Shown one piece after another: positions 9,166-18,117 of a stretch of DNA of 64,000 bases. The stretch covers positions 104,962-168,961 of the forward strand of contig JAAYZR010000002.1 of the NCBI GenBank assembly GCA_012514745.1, in the 5' to 3' direction. A model generated the notes under the pieces. It was not told where the DNA came from. It did no database searches and saw only the letters and a program-made list of their open reading frames with translations. Made by a program: the position numbers and the translations under genes. How positions within the stretch are numbered: position 1 is the first letter of the stretch; every line of letters starts with the position of its first letter. This DNA is from Candidatus Undivivens industriae. Its GTDB lineage: Bacteria > Omnitrophota > Gorgyraeia > Gygaellales > Profunditerraquicolaceae.

Positions 9166-10374
9166 ATGAAGACTATCAAGGAGATCAACGCTAAGATCGG
9201 CAGGGGAGACGCCGTGGTGGTCACTGCCGAGGAGATAATCGACCTGGTGGCTAAGAAAGGCGTCAGGAAGGTCGCCAGGGAGGTGGACGTGGTCACCACC
9301 GCCACTTTCGGGCCCATGTGTTCCAGCGGAGTTTATTTTAATATCGGCCACTCCAAGCCGAGGATCAAACTGGGTGGCGGCAGCTGCACGGTCAATGACG
9401 TGCCGGTTTACGCCGCTTTTGGCGCCGTGGACGTCTTCCTCGGGGCTGCCGCCGTGCCGGACGATGATCCCCGCAATAAGGTCTTCCCCGGAGAATTCAA
9501 ATACGGCGGCGGGCACGTGATACAGGAATTGGCAGCGGGCAAAGACATCCGTCTGGAGTGCAGCGCTTACGGTACCGACTGCTATCCCCGGAGAAAATTG
9601 GAGACACTGCTTAACATCAGGGACTTAAACGAGGCGGTTCTCTTCAATATGCGCAATTGTTATCAGAATTATAACGTTGCAGTCAACCTCTCCGGCAAGA
9701 CCGTTTTTACCTATATGGGGATGCTCAAACCGCGGCTCGGCAACGCGAATTATTCTTCCGCCGGGCAGCTTTCGCCTCTGCTGAAAGACCCTTATTACCG
9801 AACCATAGGCATAGGCACCCGTATCTTCCTCGGAGGCGGGATCGGTTACATAGCCTGGAATGGGACGCAACACAATCCCTGCGCCGAACGCGGCAGGAAT
9901 GGTATCCCTCTGGGAGGCGCGGGGACGCTTGCGGTTATCGGCGATCTGAAACAGATGAGCCCGGAATGGCTGGTCGGCACGAGTATGGCGGGTTACGGGG
10001 TGACGCTTTCCGTAGGCATCGGCGTGCCTATCCCGGTTCTTGACGAGGAAGTGGTCAGGAGGGCGGCGGTTACCGATGCCGAGATATACGCTCCGGTGGT
10101 CGATTACGGCCGCGATTACCCGCGAAGGTCATCTCGCATCATCGCTGAAGTAAGTTACGCGGAACTGCGTTCCGGGAGCATCAAATTACGCGGCAAGACC
10201 GTTCCCACGGGCAGCCTTTCCAGCTACGCGCGCGCGCGCAAGATAGCCGTGCTGTTGAAGACCAGGATCGAGGAGGGAGAATTCTTTCTCACCGAGCCTT
10301 CGGCGGCGCTGCCGGGGGCCGAGAGCGGATATAAGGTGAAACCGCTCAACGAAAGGCTTTACAAAAAGGAGTAA
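9166..10374 (+). CDS. DUF39 / COG1900 protein, sulfide-dependent homocysteine biosynthesis (MA1821 family)
   Basis: About 400 aa with the typical DUF39 length and composition. It is followed immediately by the NIL-ferredoxin partner gene. Confidence 0.65.
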   Translation: MKTIKEINAKIGRGDAVVVTAEEIIDLVAKKGVRKVAREVDVVTTATFGPMCSSGVYFNIGHSKPRIKLGGGSCTVNDVPVYAAFGAVDVFLGAAAVPDDDPRNKVFPGEFKYGGGHVIQELAAGKDIRLECSAYGTDCYPRRKLETLLNIRDLNEAVLFNMRNCYQNYNVAVNLSGKTVFTYMGMLKPRLGNANYSSAGQLSPLLKDPYYRTIGIGTRIFLGGGIGYIAWNGTQHNPCAERGRNGIPLGGAGTLAVIGDLKQMSPEWLVGTSMAGYGVTLSVGIGVPIPVLDEEVVRRAAVTDAEIYAPVVDYGRDYPRRSSRIIAEVSYAELRSGSIKLRGKTVPTGSLSSYARARKIAVLLKTRIEEGEFFLTEPSAALPGAESGYKVKPLNERLYKKE

Positions 10375-10390
10375 GGCAAGGAGTGGAAAG

Positions 10391-10798
10391 ATGATCTCTA
10401 GAAAAGTGGTTTTACATTTTCCCCGTAAACTGGTGGAACAGCCGATAGTTTTCAAACTGGTCAAGGATTACGGGCTTAATTTCAACATCCTTAAGGCTTA
10501 CGTGACCCCGGATGAGGAAGGACTGATGGTCCTGGAATTGAGCGGCGAAGAGCCGGCTTTCGAGAAGGGCTTGCATTATCTGAAGTCCTGCGGGGTGAAG
10601 ATACAGCCTTTGAGTCAGGACGTGGTAAGAAACGAGGAAAGATGCACCGATTGCGGTGTCTGCGTGCCTCTTTGTCCGGCGGGGGCTTTGCTGCCGGACA
10701 AAGAGAGCAGAGAGATCGTTTTTTTCGAGGATAAATGTATCGCCTGCGGGGTCTGTGTGCGTATTTGTCCGTTCAAGGCGATGGAAGTGCGTTTTTAA
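10391..10798 (+). CDS. NIL domain plus 2x[4Fe-4S] ferredoxin protein (MA1822 family partner of DUF39)
   Basis: N-terminal NIL-like domain; C-terminal CTDCGVCVPLCP and CIACGVCVRICP cluster motifs. Confidence 0.7.
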   Translation: MISRKVVLHFPRKLVEQPIVFKLVKDYGLNFNILKAYVTPDEEGLMVLELSGEEPAFEKGLHYLKSCGVKIQPLSQDVVRNEERCTDCGVCVPLCPAGALLPDKESREIVFFEDKCIACGVCVRICPFKAMEVRF

Positions 10799-11005
10799 CG
10801 CGCGGCGCATGATCCCGAATGCCGGCCGGATATTATTGACCGGTTTCAGATTCTGACTTGCAGTCCTGAATGTTCCTTCAACAGGATCGGACAGCCGAGC
10901 AGGCAAGGATTACCCCGGGGTTCTGTTTCGAATAGTCAGACAGCTCACTACAAGGGTTTGTCGAAAAATTGCCCGGGGAGCTTTATAACCTGCGGGGACA
11001 AAACA

Positions 11006-11980
11006 ATGCTTCGGGACAAGATAATCACATTGCTTAAAGAGCGTGAACGATTCGTGCGGGAGGAGGAGTTAACCTCCGCGCTTGGGATCAGCGCGGAGAA
11101 GTTGTGGGAAGAGATGCGCGGGCTGCGCGACAACGGTTACGTGATAGAAACCGTGCCGCATCTGGGTTATAAGATGACTTTTATTCCGGATCGTCTGATG
11201 CCGGCCGAGATAGAGAAGAACCTTACGACGGCCAAGATCGGCAGGCGCATAATTTATTTGGACAAGACCGTTTCGACCATGGACGACGTTTCACGCCTGG
11301 CTGTTGAAGGCGCGCAGGAAGGGACGGCGGTCGTCGCCGAGAGTCAGTCCGCAGGCCGCGGCAGGGCCGGCAGGAACTGGTTCTCCCCTGCCGGGAAAGG
11401 CATATATTTCTCCCTGCTGCTTCGTCCCTCCTCTTCAACTGGGCGTCTTTCCCTTCTTGCTCTGCTGGCGGCGGTAGCCGTTGCGGAAGCAGTGCATAGC
11501 GTTGCCGGCGTCGTTACCGGGATAAAATGGCCCAACGATATTCTGCTGGACGCCCGGAAGGCGGGAGGTATTCTTACCGAGGCCGGCAGCGGTGCCGGCG
11601 GCGCGCCTTACGTGGTGGTCGGCGTGGGTTTGAACGTGAACAACGAAACTGCCGAGTTGCTGCCGGGCACGGCCTCGATAGCTGAAGCGGCGGGAATGAA
11701 GGTGGACCGCGTGGCCCTGCTTCAGGAGATTTTCTTCAGGCTGGAAACCTATTATAAAGAATTTTGCCGCGGTGAGTACGCTTTGATAATCGATAAATGG
11801 CGCGGACTTAATTCCACACTGGGGAAAAGAGTCAAAGTAATCCTGCCCAGGGGGGTCATAGAGGGCGAGGCGGTGGATATAGAAGATGACGGCGGTCTGC
11901 TGGTCAGGAATGATTCCGGCTTGACGGAGAAAGTAACGGCAGGAGATGTGATACATTGCGGACTCCCGCAGCGCGGTTAA
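11006..11980 (+). CDS. birA: bifunctional biotin--[acetyl-CoA-carboxylase] ligase / biotin operon repressor
   Basis: N-terminal HTH, GRGRxGRxW motif (QSAGRGRAGRNWFS), KWPNDI. Confidence 0.8.
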   Translation: MLRDKIITLLKERERFVREEELTSALGISAEKLWEEMRGLRDNGYVIETVPHLGYKMTFIPDRLMPAEIEKNLTTAKIGRRIIYLDKTVSTMDDVSRLAVEGAQEGTAVVAESQSAGRGRAGRNWFSPAGKGIYFSLLLRPSSSTGRLSLLALLAAVAVAEAVHSVAGVVTGIKWPNDILLDARKAGGILTEAGSGAGGAPYVVVGVGLNVNNETAELLPGTASIAEAAGMKVDRVALLQEIFFRLETYYKEFCRGEYALIIDKWRGLNSTLGKRVKVILPRGVIEGEAVDIEDDGGLLVRNDSGLTEKVTAGDVIHCGLPQRG

Positions 11981-12100
11981 TCAAACCGCAGAAACCACCG
12001 GCTTTCAAGCCGGATTTGCGGAGCGGCCTTGTCCTTGGTTTCTCTAAGGACCGCCCCGGGTTTAGGGTTTGAGTGGGCCCCATTCGGCCTCCCGGGATAA
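11981..12100. repeat. GC-rich palindromic intergenic element, copy 2 (CAAACCGCAG box, CCGG-CTTTCAAG-CCGG hairpin, GTCCTT..AAGGAC hairpin)
   Basis: Shares an ordered series of motifs with 12893-12993 and partial copies at 4192-4223, 5514-5540 and 27867-27913. Confidence 0.6.
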
Positions 12101-12111
12101 CGAGACGATAA

Positions 12112-12873
12112 ATGACGCGAGTACCACGAGATAGGATTATATTATGCGTAATTCTCGCCGCCGCGGCGGCGGGCTGGTTTTTTAAAACCGTTATTTTCCG
12201 CTCCTCGGAACACGGTGGAGAGGCCGCTGCATTTTCTCCCGCGCAGGAAGACCCGATAAAAAAATACGTGGGGGAGAAGATCCTGTATCAGGTAAAACTC
12301 GGCATACTATCGGTGGGGACTGCTGAATTCGAACACAGGGATATTGCCGAACTGAACGGCGCCGCCGTTCATGTCGTGAATTTCCGCACTGTGCTGGCCC
12401 GGTTCAGGGATAATGAGCTTATTTATTGTCTCCCCGGCAGCCTGCTTCCGGTGCGCGTGGAAAGGATGATAGATTTCTGGCCGAAGAAAGAGAGGATAAC
12501 CGAGGAATACGACCAGACGGTTTTTTCTCTTAAGATAACAAGGGAAGAGGGGAAAAGCAGAAGCGAGCAGGTTATCAAGAAAGATAGGGCCATACATAAC
12601 GCCGTATTGCTGCCTTATTATGTCAGGACGATCCCCGGTCTTAAAGAAGGATGGCGGATGAACGTCCAGCTTCCGACGCAAAGCTTCATCGTTTCTCTGG
12701 ATTCCATAGAAGAAGTAAAGGTCCCGGCAGGCACTTTCAAGGCTTACCATTTTACGAGCGAACCGCGGAAATTCGAGATATGGATCTCCGCGGACGACAA
12801 AAGGATACCTTTAAAGTTGAAGGGGACGTCTTCCGCCGGATACACTCTTTTACTTACCGGTTACAGCATATAA
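12112..12873 (+). CDS. hypothetical exported protein (DUF3108-like)
   Basis: N-terminal hydrophobic segment. No catalytic motif was recognised. Confidence 0.45.
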   Translation: MTRVPRDRIILCVILAAAAAGWFFKTVIFRSSEHGGEAAAFSPAQEDPIKKYVGEKILYQVKLGILSVGTAEFEHRDIAELNGAAVHVVNFRTVLARFRDNELIYCLPGSLLPVRVERMIDFWPKKERITEEYDQTVFSLKITREEGKSRSEQVIKKDRAIHNAVLLPYYVRTIPGLKEGWRMNVQLPTQSFIVSLDSIEEVKVPAGTFKAYHFTSEPRKFEIWISADDKRIPLKLKGTSSAGYTLLLTGYSI

Positions 12874-12892
12874 TGGACAAACGCGCTGTTTA

Positions 12893-12993
12893 TTCAAACC
12901 GCAGAAATCGCCGGTTTTCAATCCGGGGATAGCTGCGGAGCGGACTTGTCCTTAACTTGTCTAAGGGGCGCCCCGGGCTTCGAGCCCGGGGGA
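12893..12993. repeat. GC-rich palindromic intergenic element, copy 3
   Basis: Reads TTCAAACCGCAGAAATCGCCGGTTTTCAATCCGG...CTGCGGAGCGG..CCTTAACTTGTCTAAGG..CCCCGGGCTTCGAGCCCGGGG, collinear with copy 2. Confidence 0.6.
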
Positions 12994-13009
12994 TTTCATT
13001 ATTATCGAT

Positions 13010-14029
13010 ATGTCAAAAACGGCGGCGGTCGCTTTAAGCGGGGGAGTGGATTCCGCGGCAGCGGCTTTATTACTTAAATCGCGCGGTTTTCGGGTAATCG
13101 GAGTTACCGCTTTTTTGTCGGGGAACGAAGATATCTGCGCGGCGAGGCGCGCGGCGGCAGAGATCGGCATTGAGCACCGGGTATTCCGTCTGGAAAAAGA
13201 ATTCGAGCGCAAGGTTATCGATAACTTCCGCGCGGAATACGCCAGGGGGCGGACACCCAATCCCTGCGTGCGATGCAACCGCCACATCAAATTCGGGCTG
13301 CTGCGCGCCAGGGCCCTTTCCCTCGGGCCGGATTATTTCGCCACCGGGCATTACGCGAAAATAGAAAACGGCCGCCTGAAAAAAGCGGCCGACTCAGGAA
13401 AAGACCAGAGTTATTTTCTCTACAGTCTTGCTCCGGAGTCGCTCAAGAACACGCTTTTTCCGCTCGGCGGTTATACCAAGGAGGAAGTGCGCCGGTTTGT
13501 CTCCGCCGCGGGGTTGAGCGTTTCTTCCGGCAAGGAGAGCCAGGACGTATGTTTTGTCCCTGACGGCGATTACCGTTCTTTCCTTGCCTCAGTTCCGGGA
13601 TGCGGCTGCCTGCCCGGGGAATTCGTTGATACCGGGGGAAAAGTCCTCGGACGTCATAAAGGGGTGTCGTTTTATACCGTCGGGCAAAGACAGGGATTAG
13701 GTATTTCTTCCGGCCGTCCTTTGTACGTTAAAGAGGTGGACGCGCGGCGCAACAGGGTGGTGCTGGGCGGGAGACAGGAGGTTTTGGCGGCGGCTTTCAT
13801 CGTATACAACCCGAGCTTTCCAGGCGGGCCGTTGAAAAAGAAGGTTGTCCTTAACGTGAAGATACGTTATAATCATACGGAACAACCAGCCGAAATAACG
13901 CCATCCGGCAACACACTAAAAATTGTTTTTCGTTTCCCCCAATTCGCGGTTACTCCAGGACAATCGGCGGTGATTTACAGAGGAGATGTAGTCGTCGGGG
14001 GAGGCATAATAAGAAAGGTATTGGACTGA
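13010..14029 (+). CDS. mnmA: tRNA-specific 2-thiouridylase
   Basis: PP-loop SGGVDS and the catalytic Cys region PNPCVRCN. Confidence 0.85.
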   Translation: MSKTAAVALSGGVDSAAAALLLKSRGFRVIGVTAFLSGNEDICAARRAAAEIGIEHRVFRLEKEFERKVIDNFRAEYARGRTPNPCVRCNRHIKFGLLRARALSLGPDYFATGHYAKIENGRLKKAADSGKDQSYFLYSLAPESLKNTLFPLGGYTKEEVRRFVSAAGLSVSSGKESQDVCFVPDGDYRSFLASVPGCGCLPGEFVDTGGKVLGRHKGVSFYTVGQRQGLGISSGRPLYVKEVDARRNRVVLGGRQEVLAAAFIVYNPSFPGGPLKKKVVLNVKIRYNHTEQPAEITPSGNTLKIVFRFPQFAVTPGQSAVIYRGDVVVGGGIIRKVLD

Positions 14030-14030
14030 C

Positions 14031-14975
14031 ATGTCACCGGTAAGGAATGCGGACAACATCGGCAAAAAGATACAGGAGTTGAAGAAAAAAAAGAATGCGG
14101 TAATTCTGGCGCATAATTATCAACTCCCCGAGGTGCAGGATATAGCGGATTTCACCGGAGATTCCCTGGAATTAAGCCGTATCGCCGCCGGGACGAAAGC
14201 CGATGTGATCATTTTCTGCGGGGTGCATTTTATGGCCGAAACTGCCGCCGTACTGTCTCCGGAGAAAAAAGTGATAATGCCTGACATAACCGCCTCTTGT
14301 CCGATGGCCGGGATGATCACCAGGGAGGAACTGCGCGGACTGAAGGAGAAACACCCCGGCGCTGTCAGCGTCGGATACGTCAATACATCGGCCGCGGTGA
14401 AAGCCGAGCTGGATATCTGCTGCACCTCCACCAATGCCGTCGGGGTGGTGAAGACCGTGGCGGCAAAGATGGAAAAAGAGGGCCGCCGGCCGCAAATAAT
14501 CTTCGTCCCCGATAAATATCTGGCTTCCTACGTGAGCGCCCAAACCGGGATAAAGCTGATCGCCTGGGACGGGTTCTGTCCGACCCATATAAAGATAAGA
14601 CCGGAGGACATAAAAAAAGAGAAAAGATTTCATCCCGAAGCGCGCGTCCTGGCGCATCCGGAATGTCTGCCTTCCGTTATAGCCCTCGCCGATGCCGTCC
14701 TTTCCACCAGCGGGATGTCCAAATACGCCCGTTCTTCTTCCGCGCGCGAGTTCATTGTCGGGACTGAAGTCGGCATTATCTACAGGTTGAAGAAAGACAA
14801 CCCGGGCAAGGAATTCTATCCGGCGGCCGAGGCGGCGGTGTGTCCCAACATGAAGCGCACTACGCAGGAAAAAGTGCTTCTGGCGCTGGAGACCCTGCGC
14901 GGAGAGGTGAAGGTCCCGCAGGATATACGCAACCGCGCCCGCAGGGCCATAGACCGGATGCTGGAGACCTTTTGA
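14031..14975 (+). CDS. nadA: quinolinate synthase A
   Basis: Three conserved Cys ligands and an ILAHNYQ-type N-terminus. Confidence 0.85.
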   Translation: MSPVRNADNIGKKIQELKKKKNAVILAHNYQLPEVQDIADFTGDSLELSRIAAGTKADVIIFCGVHFMAETAAVLSPEKKVIMPDITASCPMAGMITREELRGLKEKHPGAVSVGYVNTSAAVKAELDICCTSTNAVGVVKTVAAKMEKEGRRPQIIFVPDKYLASYVSAQTGIKLIAWDGFCPTHIKIRPEDIKKEKRFHPEARVLAHPECLPSVIALADAVLSTSGMSKYARSSSAREFIVGTEVGIIYRLKKDNPGKEFYPAAEAAVCPNMKRTTQEKVLLALETLRGEVKVPQDIRNRARRAIDRMLETF

Positions 14976-14982
14976 ACCGCAG

Positions 14983-15654
14983 ATGAATAATATCCCGGCG
15001 ATCTACGAGGACGATCATCTGGCCGTTTTCAATAAACCGCCCGGACTACTCACCATACCGGCTCCAGGAGGCAGGGAGAAAGATTTTACTTCCCTTCTAA
15101 ACTCCCGTAACAGGGGAGAGGAAGGTTTGCCGCGTTTTCATCCTTGCCACCGCCTCGACCGCGAAACCTCCGGTTTGATAATTTATGCCAAGGGTAAGTC
15201 CGCCCAGAAGAAAATGATGGATATCTTCCGCGGCAGGGCGGTGGAGAAGACGTATCTGGCCGTGCTGCACGGCAGCCCGGCGGAAGGAAAAAAAGCTATC
15301 CGCAGTCCGATAGAAGGGAAACCGGCCTCGACTTATTATGAAGTGCTGCTGCGGCGTCCGGCTTTCTCCGTGGTCTGCGCGTCCCCGGAAACCGGACGCA
15401 CCAATCAGTTGCGCATACATTTTACCGGAATCGGTCATCCGATCGTTGGCGAGGCGAGGTTCGTCTTCAGAAGGGATTTTGTTCTGAAGGCAAAGAGAGT
15501 GATGCTGCACGCCTGGCAGTTGGAATTCAGGCACCCTTATTCCGGCAAGGGCATCGTTTTGTCCGCTCCATTGCCTGTCGATATACGTAATTTTTTCCTG
15601 AAACACGGCGTGGACCCGGGACAATTCACGCCGCCGCGCGGCGCGCCGATTTAA
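14983..15654 (+). CDS. RluA-family pseudouridine synthase
   Basis: HRLDRETSGL catalytic Asp motif. Confidence 0.75.
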   Translation: MNNIPAIYEDDHLAVFNKPPGLLTIPAPGGREKDFTSLLNSRNRGEEGLPRFHPCHRLDRETSGLIIYAKGKSAQKKMMDIFRGRAVEKTYLAVLHGSPAEGKKAIRSPIEGKPASTYYEVLLRRPAFSVVCASPETGRTNQLRIHFTGIGHPIVGEARFVFRRDFVLKAKRVMLHAWQLEFRHPYSGKGIVLSAPLPVDIRNFFLKHGVDPGQFTPPRGAPI

Positions 15655-15657
15655 ATA

Positions 15658-15685
15658 TTGATTTATACGTCCGTTCTAATATAAT
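15658..15685 (+). promoter_or_regulatory. sigma70-type promoter TTGATT-16-TATAAT, ending 7 nt before the uppP ATG (possible leaderless mRNA)
   Basis: -35 at 15658-15663, -10 at 15680-15685, ATG at 15693. Confidence 0.5.
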
Positions 15686-15692
15686 AACTGGC

Positions 15693-16436
15693 ATGATAAA
15701 ATATATTCTTCTCGGCGCGGTGCAGGGAATGACTGAGTTTTTTCCTGTTAGCAGTTCCGCGCACCTCGTCATATTCCAAAAGCTTCTCGGCATAGACGGG
15801 CGCGGGCTGGTTTTCCCCATCGTTCTTCATCTGGGGACGCTTGCGGCGACCGTGCTGTATTTTCGCCGCGATATCCTGCGGACGCTTTCGGACAGGAGAC
15901 AGTTGCTGCTGGCGGCGGCGGTCACGCTGGTCACCGGCGTTATCGCTTTCCCGCTCAAAGGTTTTGCTGAAAAGATTTTTTTCTCTCCCGTGCCGGCGGC
16001 TTTTACCCTGCTGGCCACCGGAACGGCGCTTATCCTGACGGGGAGGCTGCGCGTTTCCGGCAAAAAGGATATTTCTTTTGGTGACGCGGCTTTAATGGGA
16101 GCGGCACAGGGGATAGCGGTGCTGCCCGGGATATCCCGTTCCGGTGCCACCATCTCCGCGCTTCTTTTCAGGGGTATTGAACGCGAGACGTGTTTTAAAT
16201 TCTCGTTCATTTCCGGGATACCGGCCGTGGCCGGCGCAGCCCTGCTGGACGCCCGCGAGATTACCGCGGTCTGCGTGGAATCATGGAGGGAGCCCCTGGC
16301 CGGGTTCCTTGCCAGTTTTATTTTCGGCCTGGCCGCGCTTGCGCTGTTGAGACGTTTGATTTTAAGGTCCAAATTGCCGTATTTCGGGTATTATTGTCTG
16401 CTGGCGGCGGCGGTAATCCTTATTTTTCTGAGATGA
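15693..16436 (+). CDS. uppP: undecaprenyl-diphosphatase
   Basis: BacA/UppP signature FPVSSSAHL and multiple TM segments. Confidence 0.85.
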   Translation: MIKYILLGAVQGMTEFFPVSSSAHLVIFQKLLGIDGRGLVFPIVLHLGTLAATVLYFRRDILRTLSDRRQLLLAAAVTLVTGVIAFPLKGFAEKIFFSPVPAAFTLLATGTALILTGRLRVSGKKDISFGDAALMGAAQGIAVLPGISRSGATISALLFRGIERETCFKFSFISGIPAVAGAALLDAREITAVCVESWREPLAGFLASFIFGLAALALLRRLILRSKLPYFGYYCLLAAAVILIFLR

Positions 16437-17332
16437 GCATACTTGTTCTGGGAACAGTGGCTTTGGATACGGTCAAAACGCCGCACGGCCGGCGTCATTA
16501 TATGCTGGGGGGTTCCGCCGTTCATTTTTCCATGTCCGCCAGGCTTTTCACGCACGTCAACCTGGTGGCTACCGTGGGCGAGGACTTCCCTTCCCAGCAT
16601 CTGGATTTTCTCTCCGGTAAAGGCATAAATCTGGATTCCCTGATGAAGACGGCCGGCGTTACCTTCAAGTGGAGCGGGGAATACAAAGGCGATATGAACA
16701 CGGCGCTTACCCTTAAAACCGAGCTGGGAGTGCTCTCCACCTTCAGCCCGAAGGTAAGAACCGGCCAGCGCGGCATCCGCAACATTTTTCTCGCCAATGT
16801 CGATCCGGATATCCAGAAACAGCTCCTTGGACGTATGCATTCGGCGCGGCTGGTCGGCCTTGACAGCATGAATTACTGGATACATAATAAACGGGCTTCG
16901 CTGTTAAGACTGCTTAAGAAAGTGGATATTTACGTGGCCAATGACCGCGAAGCGCGCGATCTTTCCGAAGAGGAGCACCTTGTGAGCGCGGCCAGGCGGC
17001 TGCAGCGCATGGGCCCGCGCATAGTGCTCATAAAGAAGGGAGAGCACGGAGTCTTGCTTTACGGCCCGGATCTTTTTTTCTCCCTGCCGGCTTATCCGGT
17101 GGATAAGGTCGTGGACCCCACCGGAGCGGGCGACACTTTCGCGGGAGGGTTCATGGGGTATCTCGCCGGCTGCGGGCGTACGGACAGGAAGGCGTTTAAA
17201 AGAGCGATTGTTTACGGCACGGTTTGTGCTTCTTTCAACGTGGAGGGGTTCGGACTGGAACGCAGCGGCAGGCTCACCCTGGCGGATATCCGCGGCAGGA
17301 TGAAATGTTTCAAGGAAATAAGCGCTTTTTGA
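16432..17332 (+). CDS. PfkB-family carbohydrate kinase (ribokinase-like)
   Basis: C-terminal DPTGAGDTFAGGF anion-hole motif. ATGA start/stop overlap with uppP. Confidence 0.7.
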
Positions 17333-17348
17333 AAGGAGAGCGTCAATC

Positions 17349-17798
17349 ATGCTTGAGGAAAAGATTTTCAGCGACTATAAAGAAGCCCTTAAAAGCAAGG
17401 ACAGTCTTAGATCCTCGGTCTTGAGTTTCCTCAGGGCTGAACTTAAGAATGTGGCGATGAGCAAGAACAGGGATTTGCTGGACGATGCGGACTGCATAGC
17501 GGTGATAAAGAAACAGATAAAACGGCGGGAGGATTCCATACAGCAGTTCAGGCAGGGGAACCGCCCTGACCTCGCCGACAAGGAAGGGAAAGAAAGTTTA
17601 ATATTGAAAGATTATCTGCCGCCGCAGTTGTCCGTTGCCGACCTTTCGCGCATAATAGAAGAGAGTATAACTTCTCTGGGCGCCTCCGGGCTTCAAGATA
17701 TGGGCCGGGTAATGAAAGAAGTGACCTCCAGGACCGGCGTTTCGGCAGACGCCCGCCAGGTCAGCGAGATGGTCAGGATCCGGCTGGCGGCTTCGTAA
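17349..17798 (+). CDS. GatB/YqeY domain protein
   Basis: YqeY-like length and composition. Confidence 0.65.
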   Translation: MLEEKIFSDYKEALKSKDSLRSSVLSFLRAELKNVAMSKNRDLLDDADCIAVIKKQIKRREDSIQQFRQGNRPDLADKEGKESLILKDYLPPQLSVADLSRIIEESITSLGASGLQDMGRVMKEVTSRTGVSADARQVSEMVRIRLAAS

Positions 17799-17866
17799 AT
17801 ATGAGTGATAAGAGAGGAATGTTTATGTTTTTTCCCGCGTCCCCCGATTCACGATGTATCCCGCTG

Positions 17867-17894
17867 TTGACTATTCCGATAAAGCTGTTATAAT
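17867..17894 (+). promoter_or_regulatory. sigma70-type promoter TTGACT-16-TATAAT upstream of tRNA-Thr
   Basis: -35 at 17867-17872, -10 at 17889-17894. Confidence 0.55.
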
Positions 17895-17948
17895 CATACC
17901 GGTTTGCAGCTTGTCGCCCTTTAGGGGCATGGGTACTTGCCGTTTTAC

Positions 17949-18024
17949 GCCGATGTAGCTCAGTTGGTAGAGCAGCGCTTTCGTAAAGCGCGGGCCGGTG
18001 GTTCAAATCCACTCATCGGCTCCA
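17949..18024 (+). tRNA. tRNA-Thr (anticodon CGU)
   Basis: Cloverleaf: acceptor GCCGATG/CATCGGC, anticodon loop TTCGTAA, T-loop GGTTCAAATCC, 3' CCA encoded. Confidence 0.85.
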
Positions 18025-18117
18025 TATTTAACCCTGAAAGCGGAAGTTAAAGCCAAAATAGAATTCCCGGCTTTACCCGAGGTGCCGCCGGGGATATATA
18101 GTATTATACAGCGGGAT

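Noticed and set aside
10799-11005. BirA operator or promoter palindromes (TCAGATTCTGA, GACTTGCAGTC) upstream of birA
   Set aside because: They are short and imperfect, with no match to the bioO TTGTAAACC-type consensus. No bio biosynthesis genes are nearby to make a regulatory role testable from this window.
12927-12995. tRNA-like structure inside repeat copy 3 (GGGCTTCGAGCCC resembles a T-arm)
   Set aside because: No acceptable acceptor stem, no U33 in the putative anticodon loop, and no CCA-proximal pairing. It is judged a GC-rich hairpin and not a tRNA or pseudo-tRNA.
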